From NCBI GenBank assembly GCA_030599585.1, contig JAUVNS010000026.1, forward strand, positions 1-41,648: a stretch of DNA of 41,648 nucleotides. Reading direction: 5' to 3'. Below the pieces are notes generated by a model. That model was not told the origin of the DNA, searched no databases, and was given only the letters and a program-made list of their open reading frames with translations. Made by a program: the position numbers and the translations under genes. Origin of the DNA: Promethearchaeota archaeon (GTDB lineage Archaea > Asgardarchaeota > Lokiarchaeia > Sigyniarchaeales > SOKP01). Of this stretch, positions 35,180-41,648 are shown piece after piece (within the stretch, counting starts at the first letter, position 1; each line of letters begins with the position of its first letter).

Positions 35180-36910
35180 TCACGCTATATAATACTTTTT
35201 TACTTCTTCTATAACTAAATCGATTAAATCCTTAGAGTTTTTAATAGGGTAAAATGTTACTTTATCGAGTAGAGTTTTAAACTTATCTTTAGGGATTTTT
35301 GCGCTTCCAATAAAAAAGCCCACAATTTTATGTCCCTTGTTAGATAAGTTTGAAAATAATTTCTTTGCGCTATTCCAATTATATATTCCAAAATCAGTTA
35401 TAATAAAAATTAAGGTCTCTCTTTCTGATTTCTCAATCTGTTTTACGATATCTTTAATCGGCAAATGTGTTCCCCCACCTTGATATCTTAAGAGAGTCCG
35501 CTCTGCTTTTTGATAATCAACGGTCCAATCGCAAACATCTGCACGATTAGAAAAATTAATAACGCTGAATTTAACGCCTTTCTTAGCAGCAAAATGGAGA
35601 GCAGCAAAAGAAGCCACTAACGCGGTGTGATAAATGCCTTTAGAATTTTTTGCAAGGTATTTCCAGTTCATTGAGCCAGAAGAGTCTAGAACAAGGAGTA
35701 AATCGGGAATCTGTTTTTCAGTTAAATGACCCTTACCATAGTTCTTTACCCATTTTCGGGTTGTAATATTTGGGATGATTACTGGGCTATTTAAGATCGT
35801 TTGAACAATATCTAAATCTTCTATAGGTTCTCCTAAATGCCAAACTTCTGGAAAAATTGGAAGCTGACCACCTGGTTTTTCTTCGAAAATTTTGATGTAA
35901 ATAAGATCCTTAGCGAGCCCCCTATACCATGTAGCTAAAGGATTCCCATCAATTAATATTCCTGCTTGACCAGCAGGAGCCCCAAAATTTGAATAAGCTG
36001 TTTCTCTTGCAAATTCCTCAGCTTTTTGTCTCAGTTCTTCATCGTTGTCTTCTTTCAATTTATCTAAATTTTTATTTTCGAGTGGATTATCCATAATTTC
36101 TAAAATATCTTCGGGAAATTCAATAGTAGATCTACTTCTACCAGGAGAATTTCGTCTTGTATTTCCTTCACCCTTACGAGCTCCTGCACCTACCATTGTA
36201 AATGTGTTATTAACTAGTGTTCTAAGATGGTAAGCAACTTTAGAGACCTTTTCTTCCCATAGTGTTTCATCTTCAAAATTTTTCTTGATGACATTTACTA
36301 CTTCTTCAGCAACGCTTTCTACACTTGTAAATAAATCACTATCTACAATCTCTATATTTAGTAGTTTTTCGTACGATCGAAAGAGGAATTTAGAGAATTC
36401 GCTCAGTTTGTTTTTGGATCTTTCAAATAGGTGATTAAAAGTTGTTTTAAGTTCCCATAAAATCAGATCTGGTTCTTTTTTATGAAGTTTTGCGTCAATA
36501 ATCAAATCAGCAAACACATTTACGACGATCGGAGCAAAATTTTCGTTGACATTCTTCAAAGCAGCCTTTAATAATCTTGCGTTAATTAATCCGTCATATG
36601 GAATAATTTGATAGTGGGAAACTTCGTGAAGAGCGATAGCGTGAAAGTAGTTTACATAATCCTGATCATCAATGAAAAGAGGTGCGTTTGCTAAATTCAT
36701 TGTTATTTTCCATTTATTTTGGGGATCTATATAAAAACCTTCCAAGTGAGTGTAGTCGAAGACAAATGTTGGTAAATCTAAAGGTGGAAAAAAAAAGTCT
36801 CTCTGAGTTTTATCCCAAGCAATCTTAGCTAATTCAATAAGATGTTGTTCTTTTTGGTTTAAATCCTTTTTTGGGATTGTTTTTGTTCTTTTTCTTCTAG
36901 ATTTCGACAT
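35180..36910 (-). CDS. vWA-domain protein with N-terminal HExxH metallopeptidase-like domain
   Basis: LHEVSHY...NVFAD; MIDAS motif DSSGS, GGT, IITD. Confidence 0.85.
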   Translation of the reverse strand: MSKSRRKRTKTIPKKDLNQKEQHLIELAKIAWDKTQRDFFFPPLDLPTFVFDYTHLEGFYIDPQNKWKITMNLANAPLFIDDQDYVNYFHAIALHEVSHYQIIPYDGLINARLLKAALKNVNENFAPIVVNVFADLIIDAKLHKKEPDLILWELKTTFNHLFERSKNKLSEFSKFLFRSYEKLLNIEIVDSDLFTSVESVAEEVVNVIKKNFEDETLWEEKVSKVAYHLRTLVNNTFTMVGAGARKGEGNTRRNSPGRSRSTIEFPEDILEIMDNPLENKNLDKLKEDNDEELRQKAEEFARETAYSNFGAPAGQAGILIDGNPLATWYRGLAKDLIYIKIFEEKPGGQLPIFPEVWHLGEPIEDLDIVQTILNSPVIIPNITTRKWVKNYGKGHLTEKQIPDLLLVLDSSGSMNWKYLAKNSKGIYHTALVASFAALHFAAKKGVKFSVINFSNRADVCDWTVDYQKAERTLLRYQGGGTHLPIKDIVKQIEKSERETLIFIITDFGIYNWNSAKKLFSNLSNKGHKIVGFFIGSAKIPKDKFKTLLDKVTFYPIKNSKDLIDLVIEEVKKYYIA

Positions 36911-36926
36911 TTCAAAAAAATCTAAA

Positions 36927-38654
36927 TTATTCCTCCCTTTGTATATAATCTAAGCGCTCTATAATTTTCCTCAATTTCAGTGCTTCAGAACCTCCTGATA
37001 TTTGAATGTTGACCAAAGAATCGTCATTTGTTCCGGTAACATTGATCTCAAGGAGTAAATCTTCAGTCCTAATTTGTTTAGTCTGTCTCCGCATGAAGGC
37101 TTCCTTTAGTGGTTTATCTAATTTAGGAAATTCGCTTGCTATGTCTGCCCAAATCTCTTTGTTGTTCACATACTTAAAAATATAATCTGAAACTGTTTGT
37201 TTATACAACTCTTGATTACAAAAGTTAATTAAATAAGCTCTGTTAGGAAAATCTATGTTTTCAAGTAGATCATTTCGAATACTAGCTAAAACTTCGATAT
37301 CTCCATTTTTTGAAGCCTCTTTCATTTTTTGGGCTATTTTAGGATATTTTTTATTATTAATTGAATTTACGAACGGTATCAAATCGTTTTTCACGATTAA
37401 ATCGTTCTTCTGGTAGTTTTTTAGAGTGGTTAAATCATCGCTTTTAGACTCACCATCTCTAAAACGTTCAACGATTAGATAACAATCTGCTCGATTAATA
37501 AAACGCTTTTGAATAATATTTAAAATACTTTTAGAAAAATTGTAAGGATTCCCCCAATGTGGTGATTTTTCCAATTCTCTTGTTGTATATTTAACTCTAT
37601 GAGAAATCACATACGGAGCTATAGTATTTACAATGTTAATATCTATTTTTTCGAGATTTAAAAGCCATGTAAGGGCTTTTGAATACCTTAAGAGATCCTT
37701 TGCAACTCTTACGCTTAATATCGACTCGATTTTATTACAAATGTTCTGATTTGTGTTAAAATGACATCCAGAACATAGACCGGTGCCTGGTTTGAGATTT
37801 TCAGAGCTTCCTTTGTCTACCCTTACACATAACGTAAAATCTCTAATAATAGCGTGAATATAATTATTTACTTCTTTATTTATGTTAATTTTATTAACAT
37901 AATACCAGATTTCCATTAATTCGTCTATAGTTAAGACCTTGGGAACTTGAATCAGTTCATCGTAACCACTATATTTTTCGTCTTTGCCAGTTAAAATTAA
38001 TTCTAAATCCTGACTTGCGGGCATTACAATTGGTACCGATATGCCAAAGCGATCTAAAAAGGGGTGAGATAATTCGAAGGTACCTACATCCTGAGGATTT
38101 ATTGTCGCAAATAAGCAAAATTTATCAATTGACTTAATTTCATCGTAATATTTAATAGTTCCCTCAGCCAATAAAGATAAAAGTATATCTTGAGCGTAAG
38201 GTGTTAGTCGATTTACCTCATCTATAATCTTCCAGAAGTTTAATACAAATTGTCTCCATACAACTTCTTCTTCACCATCATGCATCAATTTACCTAATTT
38301 AAGAGTCCCAACCAATTTCTCTTCAGTTAATTGCGGATGCCCTCTAATAATTGAATTTTCTATTTCGTTTAAGGAGTTTCCAGTAAACATACGGCCTAAA
38401 AGTTTAGTAAGACTAGTTTTTCCACCACCATGTCCACCAACGAGCAACATTGCTGAATTTGGCACTATTGCGTTCAATACACATAAGGAAAGTATTTCTG
38501 GTAATATTTTTGTCTTTACCTTTTTTGTATCTTCGTCATAATAATTTATATTCAAATTCTTAGAATGAACGAAGAGCTGATTCGCTTGAGTAATATTGAT
38601 TATTTTCCATACTTTCTTCCTTAATAACTTTTCTTCTGCTGTTTCTGTCGACAT
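36927..38654 (-). CDS. MoxR-family AAA+ ATPase
   Basis: Walker A GGHGGGKT, Walker B IIDEVNR, ATINP, FLDRF and SVR; Cys cluster C...CSGC...C. Confidence 0.9.
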   Translation of the reverse strand: MSTETAEEKLLRKKVWKIINITQANQLFVHSKNLNINYYDEDTKKVKTKILPEILSLCVLNAIVPNSAMLLVGGHGGGKTSLTKLLGRMFTGNSLNEIENSIIRGHPQLTEEKLVGTLKLGKLMHDGEEEVVWRQFVLNFWKIIDEVNRLTPYAQDILLSLLAEGTIKYYDEIKSIDKFCLFATINPQDVGTFELSHPFLDRFGISVPIVMPASQDLELILTGKDEKYSGYDELIQVPKVLTIDELMEIWYYVNKININKEVNNYIHAIIRDFTLCVRVDKGSSENLKPGTGLCSGCHFNTNQNICNKIESILSVRVAKDLLRYSKALTWLLNLEKIDINIVNTIAPYVISHRVKYTTRELEKSPHWGNPYNFSKSILNIIQKRFINRADCYLIVERFRDGESKSDDLTTLKNYQKNDLIVKNDLIPFVNSINNKKYPKIAQKMKEASKNGDIEVLASIRNDLLENIDFPNRAYLINFCNQELYKQTVSDYIFKYVNNKEIWADIASEFPKLDKPLKEAFMRRQTKQIRTEDLLLEINVTGTNDDSLVNIQISGGSEALKLRKIIERLDYIQREE

Positions 38655-38799
38655 CTGAGGAACTCTCGTAAGATTTTTAATATTAAATAAAAATCAGTTC
38701 CCTTATATAAAAATTAGTATTATTTTATTAATTCAATCTTAAAAATAATCATAGCTTAAACTTTGCTCTTCCTATTTTTGGTAGGGAATGAAAAGTTCC

Positions 38800-39354
38800 T
38801 TAAAGAAATCTTCTTACCTCTCTACAATATTCATCATAATCTTTACCAAACTTGTCTTTTAACCATGACTCTTCAGTAAATGTTGCTAATATAAACCAGA
38901 ATGTTGCGAAAAAACCTGTGATTAAAACTTTTGAAGAATTTGATATTAAAATTATTCCAATTATCATGATGATAGCACTAATATATTGAGGGTTTCTTGA
39001 ATATTGATATGGCCCTTCAATTACTAAATAATCCACCCCATTGTAGTTAGAATGATTATTTACAGTCTTTGCACTTTCATGAAAAAGCCAATAACCAAAG
39101 ATGTATAAGACTATTCCGAATGGGAGTCGAATTAGAGTTTTAATAAAAAATGAATTCCAATCTAAAATTCCTAATAAAATAATCCCAATTTCAATAATAT
39201 CATTCGAAATACAAACAAAATAGAAGCTCCAACCTTTTCTAACGCGTGAAGGCCAAATTCTAATTTTTGGAAAAATTAAAGTAAAAATTAAACTATTTAT
39301 ATTTAAAAATTCAGTAATAATTACAGTTATAAAAACTATAATAATTATCATCAT
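38800..39354 (-). CDS. Isoprenylcysteine carboxylmethyltransferase/PEMT-family membrane protein
   Basis: LVIEGPYQYSRNPQY...EESWL..KFG.DY..Y...V.RF. Confidence 0.85.
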   Translation of the reverse strand: MMIIIIVFITVIITEFLNINSLIFTLIFPKIRIWPSRVRKGWSFYFVCISNDIIEIGIILLGILDWNSFFIKTLIRLPFGIVLYIFGYWLFHESAKTVNNHSNYNGVDYLVIEGPYQYSRNPQYISAIIMIIGIILISNSSKVLITGFFATFWFILATFTEESWLKDKFGKDYDEYCREVRRFL

Positions 39355-39366
39355 AAAAAAAAAAAA

Positions 39367-40128
39367 TTAAGATTGAGCTTTTAAAAGCGTTTCTTCGATT
39401 TTATTAAGATTTTCTCCCAACCTTTGACCAAAATTAGTTTCTCCCTTTTCGCTCTTGGGGACAATTTTAAAATTCATCACTTTTGATTTCATTCTACCCT
39501 TGTCCTCGTATTCAAGTGTCATAGTGTAAGAAACATTTTTGTTCCCCTTTTTTATATTGTAAGCATTCGTGATTGGAAAATGGTGTGGAAAAATTTTAAG
39601 TGCTTTATCTGAGAATTTATCGCCCATTGATATTTTAAGTGCTTTACGTACAGCAGCTACTTGAGCATCCTTGACAGCCCCCACTGCACCCTTAACAAGA
39701 GCTCTTAAAGCACTATGAGAGGTAACTGTAGAGGATTGCTTTTCTGATAAAACTCCATCTCCAATTAATCGAAAATTTGTCAGATAGAGATATCCTGTCA
39801 ATTTTCCTTTAGGTCTTACAAACACACCCCGAGTTGATGTAATCAATTTCTCTTCAGGATTAAAACAAAAGTTTTCTAAGATATATCTATCCATCTCAGA
39901 TAATGTTGTAGCTGATACAATCTTAGCAGCATCTTTTTTCAGATAGAAATAAACTTTCCTATTTAGGAAAAATTCAAAGTCTTCTTTAATTAATTCACCG
40001 AGCAAATCATAAAATTCAGTTATATTTGAATTTCTTTTTTCTACTAAGATAGGTATCAAAGCTTTAACTATTTTCTTTATTCTATGTGTCTTAAATATAG
40101 CGAACACATTTTGATTTGAGTCGTTCAT
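39367..40128 (-). CDS. Hypothetical protein with GRAM/PH-like domain
   Basis: EEKLI...GYLYLTNFRLI, the G.LYLT..R pattern of GRAM/PH-like folds. Confidence 0.55.
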   Translation of the reverse strand: MNDSNQNVFAIFKTHRIKKIVKALIPILVEKRNSNITEFYDLLGELIKEDFEFFLNRKVYFYLKKDAAKIVSATTLSEMDRYILENFCFNPEEKLITSTRGVFVRPKGKLTGYLYLTNFRLIGDGVLSEKQSSTVTSHSALRALVKGAVGAVKDAQVAAVRKALKISMGDKFSDKALKIFPHHFPITNAYNIKKGNKNVSYTMTLEYEDKGRMKSKVMNFKIVPKSEKGETNFGQRLGENLNKIEETLLKAQS

Positions 40129-40235
40129 AATTTCACCCCATAAAAATTATTTTAATTTTTTTGAAGTTGATATTTTTATTTTTGGTAAAATAGTTAATGA
40201 TGGAAAAATATTTAAATCAATCTATTTAAAACCTA

Positions 40236-40673
40236 TTAATTTGCTAATTTCTTATAAGAATCATGAACTTCTTTTGGATTAACAAATTCAATGTAAACAT
40301 TCTTTAAGTTTTTATTTTGCATCCTTTGCTTCAATTTAAATAATTCCTTATCCGTATCGACAATTTCTCTTTCAAATACTGCAACAAAATGGTTTTCATA
40401 TTTCTTTATTATATCATCATAGTTTTCATGTAACCACATTTTATTCTGTTTTTGTATATTGCCTTTAATTTTGCCCGCCCCTTTTTTATAATTCCGAACA
40501 ATCAAATCAGTAAATAGAGCTAAGAAACTAAGAATGAATGCTATAATTGCAGTAAATGTTAAACAGGTGCTTGAAAAATTACACATCATCCCAAAAATAA
40601 AATTTAAAATTCCGAAACAAATAATAAAGAAGCAAAACCTAGTATATAGCCCAAAATCTTGATATGTAGTCAT
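40236..40673 (-). CDS. Two-TM protein fused to a DUF5678-like domain
   Basis: WLHENYDDIIKKYENHFVAV...IVDTDKEL. Confidence 0.65.
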   Translation of the reverse strand: MTTYQDFGLYTRFCFFIICFGILNFIFGMMCNFSSTCLTFTAIIAFILSFLALFTDLIVRNYKKGAGKIKGNIQKQNKMWLHENYDDIIKKYENHFVAVFEREIVDTDKELFKLKQRMQNKNLKNVYIEFVNPKEVHDSYKKLAN

Positions 40674-40764
40674 AATTTTAAGTATTTTGTCTTAGAATTT
40701 ATTTTAAGTAAGATTTTTTTATTTATAAATATATATTTTTCTCTTAATTCTATTAATTGGATAA

Positions 40765-41307
40765 TCAGTTTATTTTAAATCCACACGAATCACAATAGCT
40801 ACTTGTAACTTTGGAACCACAATTAGGACAATAAAGAGACACTGGAGGTTCTAAAAAGTGAGAAGCACCTATTTTAATGCGGGTTGAAGGTTGTTGGGTT
40901 TGCATATTTTGGATAATTAAACCTGTATCGTTAACTATAAAGAAATATAAAAGAAAACTTAAACCTATCTGGATTAGATTTACAATAATTCCACCAATCA
41001 TAGAGAATGATGCAAACAATATATTAATAATTATATCATAAACTCCATCTCCAATAGATACTAATGGTCCCCATTTTTTTTTTAATATAATCCCAATAAT
41101 TGAAATCAATTGCAATACAACGGCAAGGACAGTGATTAAATCATAGAGATAGAACTGATCGTAAAGGGATATTAAAAATAATAAAAGAAAATTAAAAAAT
41201 AGCCTTCCTAAAAGGAAAACTACTAGGATAATAGAGGAAATAATGATTTTTATATTCATAATTTTAAAGAGTGATAATATTTGTGTTACAATTCTAGACT
41301 TTTGCAA
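40765..41307 (-). CDS. Membrane protein with C-terminal zinc ribbon
   Basis: About four TM helices and CPNCG...CDSCG; start uncertain. Confidence 0.75.
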   Translation of the reverse strand: MQKSRIVTQILSLFKIMNIKIIISSIILVVFLLGRLFFNFLLLFLISLYDQFYLYDLITVLAVVLQLISIIGIILKKKWGPLVSIGDGVYDIIINILFASFSMIGGIIVNLIQIGLSFLLYFFIVNDTGLIIQNMQTQQPSTRIKIGASHFLEPPVSLYCPNCGSKVTSSYCDSCGFKIN

Positions 41308-41345
41308 TTAACAATATTGATTCATATTATTTAAAATCTGTTGAC

Positions 41346-41630
41346 TTAAAAATAACCAATATGACCCAAATTATTACCATCCTCATCTTCGGCGAATACT
41401 AATCCCATAGAAAGAGGTTCTTCTTCAGTTTCCTTGGTAGACTTTGCCACCGATTTAACAGTCTCTAATTTTAAGATGAAAGTTCCTTCACATTTCTTAC
41501 ATTTTATGTGAATTTTCGTAATTTTTTTTTTATCGTCTTCAAATTCTTCTTTTTTAAAAGGTTCTAACAATTCACTACTATCATTATCACAATTTTTCAA
41601 AAAACACTGATCGAGAGAAATTTTTTCCAT
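41346..41630 (-). CDS. Small hypothetical protein, possible Zn-binding
   Basis: CFLKNC...CKKC; RBS GAGGT adjacent to the ATG. Confidence 0.75.
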   Translation of the reverse strand: MEKISLDQCFLKNCDNDSSELLEPFKKEEFEDDKKKITKIHIKCKKCEGTFILKLETVKSVAKSTKETEEEPLSMGLVFAEDEDGNNLGHIGYF

Positions 41631-41648
41631 ACCTCTTCTAGCCAGAGA

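Noticed and set aside
1020-36233. Antisense or overlapping ORFs in the track (e.g. 1020..1274, 3827..4054, 6364..6693, 10752..10979, 22419..23537, 29932..30150, 34407..34658, 36045..36233)
   Set aside because: Shadow ORFs opposite well-supported genes, with no recognisable motifs.
38800-39354. Functional link between the ICMT-like gene and the CC-ending microprotein
   Set aside because: They are 18 kb apart, and ICMT/PEMT-family genes are widespread in prokaryotes without protein prenylation.

Overview
AT-rich archaeal DNA, most consistent with an Asgard archaeon (Lokiarchaeia/Promethearchaeota). The evidence is a Loki-CTERM-like tail, a divergent TFB-like protein, PAC2, AfpA, an aCPSF1-like nuclease, many zinc-ribbon membrane proteins and GGAGGT/GAGGT ribosome-binding sites. 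The window has two parts. (1) About 1-15,950 is an accessory, possibly mobile island. It carries a nucleic-acid end-healing/sealing set: a kinase-phosphatase resembling eukaryotic PNKP with reversed domain order, a bacterial-type NAD-dependent LigA and a second HAD phosphatase. It also encodes a TFB-like protein with eight tandem zinc ribbons and DUF6884- and LPD25-like proteins. Non-coding features there include a shared ACCAAAAYCAAA motif about 26-35 nt upstream of five genes, three related GC-rich structured islets and two internal direct repeats. (2) About 16,000-41,648 is housekeeping-type sequence. It holds a copper locus (CopA with YHS and Cys/His/Met tail, two unannotated Cys-rich microproteins, a PadR-TRASH regulator, His/Met membrane proteins, a duplicated 44-bp promoter/operator). 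It also holds iscS-mobA-(aCPSF1-like nuclease)-iscU, AfpA, a polyferredoxin, PAC2, a peroxiredoxin-like protein, a MoxR AAA+/vWA pair, an ICMT-like protein and a GRAM/PH-like protein. No rRNA, tRNA, CRISPR array, integrase or transposase was recognised. All family calls come from motif recognition by eye; no database searches were run.
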